From the NCBI GenBank assembly GCA_945897885.1, contig CAMDGU010000005.1, positions 9,105 through 73,104 of the forward strand: a DNA stretch of 64,000 bases, read 5' to 3'. The DNA comes from Chitinophaga pinensis. Lineage in GTDB: Bacteria; Bacteroidota; Bacteroidia; NS11-12g; UBA9320. Below, piece after piece: positions 39,243-49,134 of the stretch; position 1 is the stretch's first letter; each line of letters starts with the position of its first letter. The notes under the pieces were generated by a model. That model saw nothing but the letters and a program-made list of their open reading frames with translations. It made no database searches and had not been told where the DNA came from. A program made the position numbers and the translations under genes.

Positions 39243-40082
39243 ATGAGTTTCCAATTATTTAATCAGACATCTCATGAATGTAGTAAGCTGATTACAAATC
39301 GTTACAGTACTTCCTTTTCCTTAGGAATAAATTTATTAGAGGAAGAGATTCAATGGGCCGTATACTCGGTATACGGGTTTGTTAGATTTGCGGACGAAAT
39401 AGTAGATACCTTTCATCAGTTTGATAAAAGCAATCTACTGGCACGATTTAAAAAGGAAACGTATACTGCTATTGATGAAGAAATTAGCCTTAATCCAATT
39501 CTTAATTCATTTCAAATAGTGGTTAACAAATATAAAATTGACCACATCTTGATTGAGGCCTTTTTTACAAGTATGGAAATGGATTTGGAAAAGGTGGAAT
39601 ATGACGATGAAAAGTACAATGAATACATATATGGATCTGCCGAAGTGGTTGGCTTGATGTGTCTTCAAGTATTTTGCAAAGGAGATAAAACTAAGTATGA
39701 TGAACTGAAAAGTCCTGCTCGAAAGTTGGGGGCAGCCTTTCAAAAAGTCAATTTTTTAAGGGATTTAAAAAGTGATTTCGATGAGCGTGAACGGATATAT
39801 TTTCCGGGTATCGACTTTGATAATTTTACAGCCCAAAGCAAAAAACAAATTGAGGCAGATATTAGAAATGATTTTAAAGAAGCTTTTTCGGGCATCATTA
39901 AGTTACCACTTAATTGTCGTTTTGGGGTATATACAGCCTACAAATACTACTACAATTTACTTTTAAAAATTGAAAGAACACCAGCTAAAAAAATACTTCG
40001 TTCGCGTATTAGGGTTTCCAATCCTCACAAAGTTTACCTTTTGTTAAAATCGTATTCACGATACCAACTAAATATTTTGTAA
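39243..40082 (+). CDS. crtB: phytoene synthase
   Basis: Squalene/phytoene synthase family Asp-rich regions (YGFVRFADEIVD; second region MDL/DD); start moved from 39201 to the Met at 39243. Confidence 0.8.
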   Translation: MSFQLFNQTSHECSKLITNRYSTSFSLGINLLEEEIQWAVYSVYGFVRFADEIVDTFHQFDKSNLLARFKKETYTAIDEEISLNPILNSFQIVVNKYKIDHILIEAFFTSMEMDLEKVEYDDEKYNEYIYGSAEVVGLMCLQVFCKGDKTKYDELKSPARKLGAAFQKVNFLRDLKSDFDERERIYFPGIDFDNFTAQSKKQIEADIRNDFKEAFSGIIKLPLNCRFGVYTAYKYYYNLLLKIERTPAKKILRSRIRVSNPHKVYLLLKSYSRYQLNIL

Positions 40083-40555
40083 TGAAATTTCTGATAATCC
40101 TTTTTCTTTGGATCCTTAGTTTAAACTCTACAGTTGAAGATTTAAGAACTGATTATATAAAAGCAATTGATAGTAAAGTAACTACTGAGAAAAGGATTGA
40201 ATATTTTAAAGAAAACAAGCCCACCACGCCTATTCAAAGATGCTACAACGGAGTTTTTCATTGCTTGAACGCCAAACATGCTTTTTTACCTAATGATAAA
40301 ATATCGTACCTCAAAAAAGGGCTAAGTGACATTAACAAATCCGTGGTTCAAGCACCGAATGATTTAGAAATACGTTTCCACCGTTTTGCAATAGAACAAA
40401 GTATTCCGTCATTTATTAGTTTTACGAGTCATATAAAGGTGGATAAAAAGTTTATCGTAGATAATTATTCTTCTACTCATCCATTTTCTAATGTTATTTT
40501 AAAATACATGATAACAAAAGGGGGGTGTGCCAAAACTGACTTTAAAAACAAGTAG
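40082..40555 (+). CDS. hypothetical secreted protein overlapping the crtB stop
   Basis: Signal peptide; no motifs. Confidence 0.3.
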   Translation: MKFLIILFLWILSLNSTVEDLRTDYIKAIDSKVTTEKRIEYFKENKPTTPIQRCYNGVFHCLNAKHAFLPNDKISYLKKGLSDINKSVVQAPNDLEIRFHRFAIEQSIPSFISFTSHIKVDKKFIVDNYSSTHPFSNVILKYMITKGGCAKTDFKNK

Positions 40556-40626
40556 TTTAAAATTATTCTTATTTCTTTTTTTTCTAACTACACAAAAAAA
40601 TTAATCCTATTTTAGCCGAAGGATTA

Positions 40627-41271
40627 ATGGAAGAATATTTCGAGCTGATACCTAAATTATTTGTACCCGAAAATTTGATAAAAATTGGTGGGTTGGGTTT
40701 GCTTTTATTCATTGTTTTTGCCGAAACAGGCTTATTTATTGGTTTCTTTTTGCCCGGCGATTCTCTATTATTTACAGCAGGAATATTATGCAGTACCCAT
40801 GTGTTAGATGTTAATATTGTGACACTTATGCTTGGTTTAAACTTGGCTGCCACTTTTGGAAACCTTACTGGATATTACTTTGGTAAACGAGTTGGCACTA
40901 AATTATTTACTCGTGATGATTCATTGGTTTTTAAAAAACGCTATGTGGCTATTACCAATTCATTTTATAACCGACATGGTGGTAAAGCTTTAATTTTAGG
41001 TCGATTTTTACCCATCATTCGCACCTTTGCTCCCATTTTAAGCGGTGTTATTAAAATGGAACTAAAAATCTTTGTTGTTTACACAGTTGTAGGTTCTATT
41101 CTTTGGACCTCAACAATGACACTTAGTGCATATTATTTAGCTAAAGCTATTCCAAATTTGAAGGATCATTTAGGTTTGGTAGTATTGTTTTTAATCATAA
41201 TAACTGCCATTCCGGTTATTTCAACATATCGCAAGGAAAAAAAGTCCACTGCTACTAAAGATAATATCTAA
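40627..41271 (+). CDS. DedA / VTT-domain membrane protein
   Basis: PGDSLLFTAG motif and a [F/Y]xxxR/K region typical of DedA. Confidence 0.7.
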   Translation: MEEYFELIPKLFVPENLIKIGGLGLLLFIVFAETGLFIGFFLPGDSLLFTAGILCSTHVLDVNIVTLMLGLNLAATFGNLTGYYFGKRVGTKLFTRDDSLVFKKRYVAITNSFYNRHGGKALILGRFLPIIRTFAPILSGVIKMELKIFVVYTVVGSILWTSTMTLSAYYLAKAIPNLKDHLGLVVLFLIIITAIPVISTYRKEKKSTATKDNI

Positions 41272-41323
41272 AAAAAGCACCATAGATTTTCTAAAGTGCT
41301 TTAAAATAGTCTTTATATTTTTT

Positions 41324-41719
41324 TTAAGGTTTTGCGAATATAGGAATCTCTTTAGTTTTGGTATTTCCACTTTTATCCATAGCCATTAATGTAACAATTA
41401 AAGGTGTAATTGAAGTTATTCCATCCAAATGATAATGATCATGAAATGCAAATACTTTTAAATCCAAAACATTTGAATGTTTTGAGTAAATAACTGTTTC
41501 GGATTTATCTTTAATCGTTACAACAAGGTCATCTAATCCGGCATTATCTGTAACTGTAAATTCAATATGAGTTTCTCCAACTGCAGTATCTCCTAACATT
41601 GGTTCTAAAACTGTAAACTCTGGTACGGCAGTATCGGCTTGTTCCTTTTGGCAAGATTCAAAAAAGACTATTGAGATAAATAAAAAAGCTATGAAGCTTA
41701 TGATTTTAATGGTTTTCAT
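41324..41719 (-). CDS. small lipoprotein with a His-rich HDHYH motif
   Basis: Lipobox FFESC; FAFHDHYHLDG. Confidence 0.4.
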   Translation of the reverse strand: MKTIKIISFIAFLFISIVFFESCQKEQADTAVPEFTVLEPMLGDTAVGETHIEFTVTDNAGLDDLVVTIKDKSETVIYSKHSNVLDLKVFAFHDHYHLDGITSITPLIVTLMAMDKSGNTKTKEIPIFAKP

Positions 41720-41737
41720 TTTTTGTTTGAATTAATT

Positions 41738-42640
41738 TTAAAATAAGTAAATAAAATTTGCTGAAAGCCTTTGACGGTTACTAATATAACCGCCACCTAT
41801 GCTTTCAGTCATAGGTTTTTTGTAGGTTATTCCCAAAGAAATGTTCTTGTAATACATATCAAATCCGACATTGGCTAGTACTATTTCACCACCCGTATAA
41901 TCTTGCTTTATGCTGCTTATTAGGTCGTTCTTAGTTTTTTCAAAAGCCATGCCAATACTGGGTAATAAAATGGTTTGTTTAAATTTTTTCCAGTAAAATA
42001 TTCGGGCGACAATTGAAAATCTGTTACCAAACTGAAAATGCTGATTATTGGGAGAATTAAAGGTGTAGCCCATTTCTGTATTAAAGCCAATTTGCTTATG
42101 CCGTAGTGCATAAATGGCATTTATAGGAAAATCAAACGAACCGGTTCCCGGTTGAATATTTTGATTAAGCATAATTCCATTTCTTATTATTTCATGCTTT
42201 CCTGTTGGAGTTTTTATCCCTCCTCCTATTTGAAGCAAATGCTTATAGCGTTTACAGCTGCTGTCACTGTTTATTATTACAAAATTGGCAATTGCGGTAA
42301 TGTCTCCTAGAGAACTTACGACCGTCGTTTTAGTATCTTCAACCCTTTTATTACGGTTGAACGGGAGAAAGGCAAACATCTGTAAACGTTTATTTAGAAC
42401 ATATCGGCCCCATAATTCTGTTGTTTGAAAATATTCCATGCTGGCTTGTCCATTCTCCGAAATACTTTCATGAGCTCTAGATTCAAAGCTGCGGTATTGA
42501 TACCTTACCCCTGCAAAGTTTTGTTGAAACTTAGGCAAAATGCCAAAGTAATTTCCACCGGCACTGCACCCGCAAATATCGCAGGCAAGTGCATTTCCGC
42601 TCAGCAATAGTAGCATAGCGGTTACTATTATTTTATACAT
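41738..42640 (-). CDS. outer-membrane beta-barrel protein with an N-terminal CDICGCS Cys cluster
   Basis: Signal peptide ending ALA; mature N-terminus CDICGCSAGG; C-terminal ...FIYLF aromatic terminus. Confidence 0.45.
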   Translation of the reverse strand: MYKIIVTAMLLLLSGNALACDICGCSAGGNYFGILPKFQQNFAGVRYQYRSFESRAHESISENGQASMEYFQTTELWGRYVLNKRLQMFAFLPFNRNKRVEDTKTTVVSSLGDITAIANFVIINSDSSCKRYKHLLQIGGGIKTPTGKHEIIRNGIMLNQNIQPGTGSFDFPINAIYALRHKQIGFNTEMGYTFNSPNNQHFQFGNRFSIVARIFYWKKFKQTILLPSIGMAFEKTKNDLISSIKQDYTGGEIVLANVGFDMYYKNISLGITYKKPMTESIGGGYISNRQRLSANFIYLF

Positions 42641-42691
42641 TTATATAATTTTATTAAAGTTTGATTTGAAAAAGAAAAGGGAAAATCAAAC

Positions 42692-43111
42692 CTAAACCTG
42701 CGGTGGACGAAAGCAGGAGCTTATATAGTTAAATAAATAATGGGTATTTAAAGTTGAATTTAGAATCAAATTTTGAACGGTTTGTATAAACGATACCCGC
42801 ATTTCAGAGTAATTTACAAAATCATCCGTTTTAAGATTCTTTAATTTTAAAGGTAACGAAGCATTGGTTTCTTTGGTTTGATTGTTCTCAACGCTTTTTA
42901 GTTGCTTTTGAAGATGGCATTTACCATTGCATTCCATTTCCGGCTTATCGCGATTTATACAAAGGTTTTGGGCAATATAGTTTTGATTAAATTTCCAAGT
43001 AGCTATTACTCCTACTTTGACCATTAGCTGGCTATATAAAGTTAGCACTAGAAAAATGGAAATAGTTTTTTTCAATATGACTGCAAATTTATAGTTATTT
43101 AAAACTTGCAA
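42692..43111 (-). CDS. small membrane protein with a Cx7CxxxCH motif
   Basis: One TM helix, then CINRDKPEMECNGKCH. Confidence 0.35.
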   Translation of the reverse strand: MQVLNNYKFAVILKKTISIFLVLTLYSQLMVKVGVIATWKFNQNYIAQNLCINRDKPEMECNGKCHLQKQLKSVENNQTKETNASLPLKLKNLKTDDFVNYSEMRVSFIQTVQNLILNSTLNTHYLFNYISSCFRPPQV

Positions 43112-43150
43112 GGATGAAAGTTTATGATTTTTATCAGATTTAGAGAAAAC

Positions 43151-43183
43151 AAAAAAGGCTTGAAAATTTTTTCAAGCCTTTTA
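43151..43183 (-). terminator. rho-independent terminator downstream of pckA (symmetric)
   Basis: aaaaaa ggcttgaaaa tttt ttcaagcc tttt. Confidence 0.5.
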
Positions 43184-43201
43184 AAAATTTTAAACCTTCT
43201 A

Positions 43202-44797
43202 TCAAGCAGTAGCTTGTGCTTTAGGAGCAGCAGAAAGTATTTCTTCACTGCATCCATCAGCATATTGCTTAAAGTTATTATTAAACAATTCGGCTAAATG
43301 ATTGGCTTTTCTATCATATTCAGAAGCATCAGCCCAGGTATTTCTTGGGTTCAAAAGTTCAGCAGGTACATTAGGACATGAAACCGGCATGGCAATTCCA
43401 AATACTGGGTGAATATTAAATTCTACATTTTGCAAAGAATCTTCCAACGCCGCAGTAATCATCGAACGAGTGTAGGATAGTTTCATACGAGAGCCAACAC
43501 CATAAGCTCCTCCACTCCAACCGGTATTTACCAACCACACACGAATGTTAGGATTCTCTTTAAGTTTTTCTCCCAACATTTCAGCATATTTTGCCGGGTG
43601 CAAGGGTAAAAATGCTTTACCAAAACACGCTGAGAATGTAGCTTGTGGTTCAGTTACACCAGCCTCGGTACCCGCTACTTTAGCTGTATAACCTGAAATA
43701 AAGTGATACATAGCTTGAGCCGGAGTTAATTTTGAAATTGGAGGCAAAACACCAAATGCATCTGCAGTTAAAAAGAAAATATTTTCAGGTGCATTCCCTA
43801 CTGAAGGAACAGCAATATTATCAATAAAATCAATTTGATAGGCAACTCGGGTATTTTCTGTTACTGAAATATCATTAAAATTAACAGTATTGGTTCCATC
43901 ATAAAACCGCACATTTTCTACCAATGCTCCGGGTTTGATTGCATTCCATATTTGAGGTTCTTTTTCTTCTGATAAGTCTACACACTTAGCGTAGCATCCA
44001 CCTTCAAAATTGAAAACGGAGTTGTTAGCCCATCCGTGTTCGTCATCGCCTATAAGTTTTCGACTTGGGTCCGCAGATAGGGTTGTTTTACCGGTTCCTG
44101 AAAGACCAAAGAAAATGGCTGTATCATTTTTTGACCCAATATTTGCGGAGCAATGCATGGAAACAACGCCTTTTTCATGAGGTAATACATAATTTAAAAC
44201 AGTAAAAATTCCTTTTTTAATCTCACCAGTGTAGCCTGAACCACCAATAAGTATAATTTTCTTTGTAAAATCAATCATGGTGAAATTATGCTGGCGGGTT
44301 CCATCCTCAGCAGGAATAGCATGAAATGAAGGTGCAGCCAAAATAAGCCACTCAGGATTTTGGGTTTCAAGTTCGGCAGCTGTTGGTCTTAAAAATAAAT
44401 TATTGGCAAATACATTTTGATAAGCAGTTTCAGTAACAACTTCTATATTCAAACGGTAGGCAGGATCAGCACATGCATAACTTTGGCGAATAAATAACTC
44501 CTTACCTTCTAGGTGTTTAATAACCTTATAAAGCAAGTTGTCAAATTTTGAAGATTCGATTTTATTATTCACATCACCCCACCACACAAAGTCTTTTGTA
44601 TTGTCATCATAAACAACAAATTTGTCTTTTGGACTGCGTCCGGTAAATTCACCGGTATCTGCAGCTAATGCACCTGAATCGGTTATCGCACCTTCCTTAT
44701 TTATCAAGGCTTTTTCAATAAGTTGCTCAACAGTAAGTTGAATATGAGCTCTTCCTGCTTTGGAAATAATATGTTCTACTATAACGTGATGTTTCAT
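43202..44797 (-). CDS. pckA: phosphoenolpyruvate carboxykinase (ATP)
   Basis: Kinase-1a motif GLSGTGKTTLS; ~530 aa. Confidence 0.95.
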   Translation of the reverse strand: MKHHVIVEHIISKAGRAHIQLTVEQLIEKALINKEGAITDSGALAADTGEFTGRSPKDKFVVYDDNTKDFVWWGDVNNKIESSKFDNLLYKVIKHLEGKELFIRQSYACADPAYRLNIEVVTETAYQNVFANNLFLRPTAAELETQNPEWLILAAPSFHAIPAEDGTRQHNFTMIDFTKKIILIGGSGYTGEIKKGIFTVLNYVLPHEKGVVSMHCSANIGSKNDTAIFFGLSGTGKTTLSADPSRKLIGDDEHGWANNSVFNFEGGCYAKCVDLSEEKEPQIWNAIKPGALVENVRFYDGTNTVNFNDISVTENTRVAYQIDFIDNIAVPSVGNAPENIFFLTADAFGVLPPISKLTPAQAMYHFISGYTAKVAGTEAGVTEPQATFSACFGKAFLPLHPAKYAEMLGEKLKENPNIRVWLVNTGWSGGAYGVGSRMKLSYTRSMITAALEDSLQNVEFNIHPVFGIAMPVSCPNVPAELLNPRNTWADASEYDRKANHLAELFNNNFKQYADGCSEEILSAAPKAQATA

Positions 44798-44948
44798 TTA
44801 TTGTTCGTTTTTTGAAAAGGGCTACAAATTTAATAAAATCATTTAAAGTAGAATAGTAAGAGTAAAAAATCAGTTTAATTAACTTTCTGAAAATATAACA
44901 CTTAGGAACAAATAGTTAATTTGTTTAGAATAAATTTAAATAAGGGAA

Positions 44949-45287
44949 TTATCCCTTTCTTGCTTTATAACCCTTTGCTGCTAGATAATCAACTATTTTT
45001 TGGCACAAATCACCTTGAATTATTATTTCTCCATCTTTTACAGTTCCGCCGGTTCCACAGTGTTTTTTTAAGTCTTTTCCTAAATTTTCCAAATCACTTT
45101 CACTTCCTACAAACCGTTGTATAAGCGTTGCTTTTTTTCCACCTCGTCCTTGGGTTGATATCCTGACTAATAAATTTTGTTTATTTGGAGATAAGGTCTC
45201 CATAAAATCAGACGCCTCGTCGTTTGGCAGATAGTCGGGGTTAGTGCTGTATACAATCCCTTGAAGTTTCTTGTTCTTGTTCGCCAT
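44949..45287 (-). CDS. translation initiation factor SUI1/YciH family
   Basis: LVRISTQGRGGK...KKHCGTGGTVKDGEIIIQGD aligns with E. coli YciH; start moved to the internal Met at 45287 (MANKNKK), giving ~112 aa. Confidence 0.85.
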   Translation of the reverse strand: MANKNKKLQGIVYSTNPDYLPNDEASDFMETLSPNKQNLLVRISTQGRGGKKATLIQRFVGSESDLENLGKDLKKHCGTGGTVKDGEIIIQGDLCQKIVDYLAAKGYKARKG

Positions 45288-45369
45288 AATAATTTTTGCA
45301 AATAATATATAAATTCCCTTGTTTTCAAACAAATAATTTGTAGTTTTGCGCCCTTTAAAAACAAGGATT

Positions 45370-45714
45370 ATGGATTTTATTAAACACATAGAGGCGCAAT
45401 ACAAAAAAACAGATGTTCCTGAATTTTCAGCCGGAGATACTGTTAGCGTGCATTATAAAATTAAAGAGGGAGCTAAAGAACGTATCCAACAGTTTCAAGG
45501 TGTGGTAATTCAACGCAGAAATAGCGGTACTGCCGAAACCTTTACCGTTCGTAAGATTTCAGGTGGTATTGGCGTTGAGCGTATATTTCCTTTAAACAGT
45601 CCTAATATTGATAAAATAGAAGTGATGAGAAGAGGTAAAGTTCGTCGTGCCAGATTGTTTTACCTTCGAACAAAAATTGGTAAAGCTGCCCGTATCAAAG
45701 AAAGAAGAATTTAA
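45370..45714 (+). CDS. rplS: 50S ribosomal protein L19
   Basis: Typical L19 sequence (MDFIKHIE..., [10 protein letters not shown]); start moved to the Met at 45370. Confidence 0.9.
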   Translation: MDFIKHIEAQYKKTDVPEFSAGDTVSVHYKIKEGAKERIQQFQGVVIQRRNSGTAETFTVRKISGGIGVERIFPLNSPNIDKIEVMRRGKVRRARLFYLRTKIGKAARIKERRI

Positions 45715-45741
45715 TTACAATATCTATATTTATTTATATCA

Positions 45742-45774
45742 AACCCATTGCTACAGTAGTAATGGGTTTTTTAT
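45742..45774 (+). terminator. rho-independent terminator after rplS
   Basis: acccattgctac agtagtaatgggt tttttt. Confidence 0.5.
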
Positions 45775-45825
45775 TTGTTAAAAAAAATAAAGAAAACACT
45801 GTTGGAAATTTAATACAATCAAGAA

Positions 45826-47334
45826 TTATTGTTTAATGGAATTCTGCATTATTTCATTAACTAATACAGTTGCTGCATCATTTTCACTAAGAATACGAAT
45901 GAAATTACCAGAACCATTTTCGGCAAGAGTTTTCATAAATTCTATGGCTTCTGCATTTTTACCAAAACCAATTGCAGATGTTTTAATTGCTTCCAATTCT
46001 GCTTTTTCTTTGGCAAGCTTATACATTGTTTTTGGTGAAAAATTTTCAGAATTAAAAATACCATCTGAAACCAATATAATTTGATTATTCCCGTTCGAAA
46101 TAAAGTTTTGACTGGCATTTGCGTAAGCTATATTCATTCCTTCGGTGCCATGTGAGAGACCTTTGGCTGATAAACCATCTATTACCTCAAAAATCTTTTC
46201 TTTATGGTTTCCTGGTTCTCCTTGTAGTAGAATATTTACTTTACTGGAATACACTATCATGGTTACCAAATCTTCTTCTCTAAGCACATTTACCATATCT
46301 TTAACAGATTTTTTAAGGTAAGGCAATTTCTCGGGCCTGTCCATACTGGTAGATACATCAATTAAAAATACAATATTGTTACTGGCATATTTATCCTTAT
46401 TTAGGGTTCCGGTTGCTGTAAAATCAGGTAAGTCAATTTTTACAATTACCTCTTTTTCTTTCAGTAAAGAATCATTTTCACCATCCTGAACAATGATTAC
46501 ATCCTTTTCAATAATACGCTTATCCTTAAATTTAGCGTTAAATTTTTCCCTTAGTTTTTCAATATCTAAGCGCTCTTCTTCCGTTTCATTAGGTTTTTCT
46601 AAAATAATTGTTTCGTCTTCTTTTTTGGTGTTATCCGGAGGAACCATTACTATTGGTCCTTCATCAGGTTGAAGCTTAATAATAAATTTGCGGGTAACTC
46701 GACTTGTAATAATAACCTGTTCTTTTGATTCATATCCCGAAAGGGAAATATTTACCATGTATTTGCCATTTTTTAAATTATCAAAATAAACGCGGTCTTT
46801 AAATGCTTTTTCAATAAGAAATTGATCGGTGGGATTTTTAACAATAATATCAAATCCTTTAAGTCCTTCTCCTGAAATGGCATCTACCACTTGTATCTCA
46901 ACAGGTTTTTCAGTGGTTGCAGGTGGAGGATTATCCGTCATTGAAGGACAATTGAGCATGGCATCGGGATGAAAATCTATAATTTTACCTTTGACAGTCA
47001 GTTCTAATGGGTCATTAGATGAACTGATATAAATAGAAACCGTCTTCCTGAAATTTCCGCGGTCTTGAGTATAGTAAATGAATTTTACAATAGGAGATTG
47101 TCCTACCTCAATACTTCCTTTGGGCAAAATTACCAATACATCCTCCGAATATCCTATTGGCAAAAAAACAAACTTTGAAGTACCTGTATTTTCAACTGTA
47201 AAATAAGCTGTGTCATTTTTCCATTGCTTTACCACTCCAAAATCAAAAGCAGCCGGAGAAACCATTGCCGACTGACCATTGACTGAATTTAAAATGCTTA
47301 ATAAAAATAGAATTAGGAGATTTCGGATATTCAT
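45826..47334 (-). CDS. secreted von Willebrand factor type A (VWA) domain protein
   Basis: Signal peptide; beta-rich N-terminal domains; C-terminal VWA with MIDAS motif DVSTSM (IVFLIDVSTSMD). Confidence 0.65.
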   Translation of the reverse strand: MNIRNLLILFLLSILNSVNGQSAMVSPAAFDFGVVKQWKNDTAYFTVENTGTSKFVFLPIGYSEDVLVILPKGSIEVGQSPIVKFIYYTQDRGNFRKTVSIYISSSNDPLELTVKGKIIDFHPDAMLNCPSMTDNPPPATTEKPVEIQVVDAISGEGLKGFDIIVKNPTDQFLIEKAFKDRVYFDNLKNGKYMVNISLSGYESKEQVIITSRVTRKFIIKLQPDEGPIVMVPPDNTKKEDETIILEKPNETEEERLDIEKLREKFNAKFKDKRIIEKDVIIVQDGENDSLLKEKEVIVKIDLPDFTATGTLNKDKYASNNIVFLIDVSTSMDRPEKLPYLKKSVKDMVNVLREEDLVTMIVYSSKVNILLQGEPGNHKEKIFEVIDGLSAKGLSHGTEGMNIAYANASQNFISNGNNQIILVSDGIFNSENFSPKTMYKLAKEKAELEAIKTSAIGFGKNAEAIEFMKTLAENGSGNFIRILSENDAATVLVNEIMQNSIKQ

Positions 47335-47383
47335 GATGAAATTATTCTTTTAACGAATGTTGCACACAAAAAGTGTTCCTTGT

Positions 47384-48415
47384 TTATTTATTTTTAAAAT
47401 GTTGTAACAATAAGTTGACAACAAATTTGGTGCTGAATGGCTTTACACCATTCTTTATATTAATTCGGCTAATTTTATATGCTTCAGCCATTACGTTAAA
47501 AATATCTCGATAGGCTTTCATCAAGCTATGATTTTTATCGTAAATATGGCCGGGCTCAGATGTAACACCGTTTAACTCAAAAATTTTAATTGTTTGTCCT
47601 TTTTGAAATTCTTCAAAACTTTTAGCCTTTAAATCAAAACGACCGAGATAAAACCCATCAAACTGCTTAGCAATTTGGTCAAACACCTTGTGAAGATTTT
47701 CAGTTATTAAATAGTTTCCATTAATAAATTCTGTTCCTCGGCAGTGGTTTCCAATATGTTCAACGACATATTTTTTATCCTTTGCCAATATGGTTTTAAG
47801 AATTTCCGGTTTTTCATTCCTCAATCTATCAATTTGAAACCATGCCCGCTTGTTTTCTAAAAGCAATTCTTCAATTGTTCTATTGCCATCCCCTGTAACT
47901 GTTAAAAAGCCTTTTAATGTAATCGATAAAACTTTACCATGCTCACAATCAGGAATTCTTGCATATAATACCCCAAATTCATGAGGGTAATCAATAAATT
48001 CCTGAATGATATAATCAACAGAGTTAGATTTTAATATAGTTTCAATTTCCTCAAACGAATTTGCTTTTACAACCATTAACCCTCGTTCACCAACATTTGG
48101 TTTAATAATTATTGGAATTTCAAAGTTTCGGTTTTTTAATATTTCAAGCGTTTCTATAACTGAGTTTTCAGCTTTGTGATTGTAAGTTTTTGGTTTATAA
48201 TCATCACTAAAATTATTAAGAATGTCTATTTTACTTTCCCCAAAAAGCCCACCTTTATCAATACCCGGATTTACAGCAGTATTATAAAACATATAGCCTG
48301 AACGTAATGCATACCAAAGGTGAACAGGAATTGCCGGTAAATAAAAGAATAACCATGGCCAATATTCGTAGTTAGTCCATTGAGTAATAAACCGCCTTAA
48401 CTTGAAAAATCTCAT
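47384..48415 (-). CDS. ATP-grasp domain protein
   Basis: IIIKPNVGERG...YIIQEFIDYP resembles ATP-grasp core motifs; start moved to the internal Met (48415) to remove a 46-bp overlap with the upstream gene. Confidence 0.5.
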   Translation of the reverse strand: MRFFKLRRFITQWTNYEYWPWLFFYLPAIPVHLWYALRSGYMFYNTAVNPGIDKGGLFGESKIDILNNFSDDYKPKTYNHKAENSVIETLEILKNRNFEIPIIIKPNVGERGLMVVKANSFEEIETILKSNSVDYIIQEFIDYPHEFGVLYARIPDCEHGKVLSITLKGFLTVTGDGNRTIEELLLENKRAWFQIDRLRNEKPEILKTILAKDKKYVVEHIGNHCRGTEFINGNYLITENLHKVFDQIAKQFDGFYLGRFDLKAKSFEEFQKGQTIKIFELNGVTSEPGHIYDKNHSLMKAYRDIFNVMAEAYKISRINIKNGVKPFSTKFVVNLLLQHFKNK

Positions 48416-49134
48416 AGAAGGGTTAAAGCATGTGTTGAACTTGAATGCTTCATACAATCAGTGTAATTCATCTCCAAGGCTTTACCTTCTTTTTTTATTT
48501 GAGATACACTAACCGTAAAAGTTCCTGCTCGTTTCATAAACAAGTCATTTTCTTTATCCCCTTTTCCTCCTGTTAAATGAAATTCTTTAACCTTTTCGGC
48601 CTCAAAACCTGTTTTTTGTTCTTTTTTCCAATCGTTAAACCATTGTTCACGTTCTGCTCTTATATCGGGAGTATAAAGTGTAACAGACGACCAAATATGA
48701 CTTACTTTAGAATCCTTAAATGATAAATGAACTTGTTTACCATCCCATCTTATTTCATAAAGGTGAAGAGCTGATTTGTAATCTACTATAATGAGGGTAA
48801 AAGGTTCAATATTTTTGAAATCATAATTTACAACAAACTGATTGACATTGTTGTATTGAAAAAAATCAAGCAATACCACTCCCCTGCTTTTTCTGTAAGG
48901 CGGTTTGCTTTTATGAGCAGCAAACCCTCCATTTAACAAACAGAGTGTAAACCCATTTTCGGCCATGGCAATCCAAGTTCCTTTAGCACGAGGGTCTTGC
49001 GGATAAACAACCTTTATGTGTTGATTAATAAATTCCTTGGGATGATGGGCAATTTCGCGACTTTCTTTTTCATCACGATTACTGGTAAGGATAAAATCGT
49101 TTCCACCCTTGGGCAAGAAACTAACTGTGCACAT
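48412..49134 (-). CDS. NRDE family protein (TANGO2-like)
   Basis: N-terminal MCT and the SNRDE motif. Confidence 0.7.
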   Translation of the reverse strand: MCTVSFLPKGGNDFILTSNRDEKESREIAHHPKEFINQHIKVVYPQDPRAKGTWIAMAENGFTLCLLNGGFAAHKSKPPYRKSRGVVLLDFFQYNNVNQFVVNYDFKNIEPFTLIIVDYKSALHLYEIRWDGKQVHLSFKDSKVSHIWSSVTLYTPDIRAEREQWFNDWKKEQKTGFEAEKVKEFHLTGGKGDKENDLFMKRAGTFTVSVSQIKKEGKALEMNYTDCMKHSSSTHALTLL

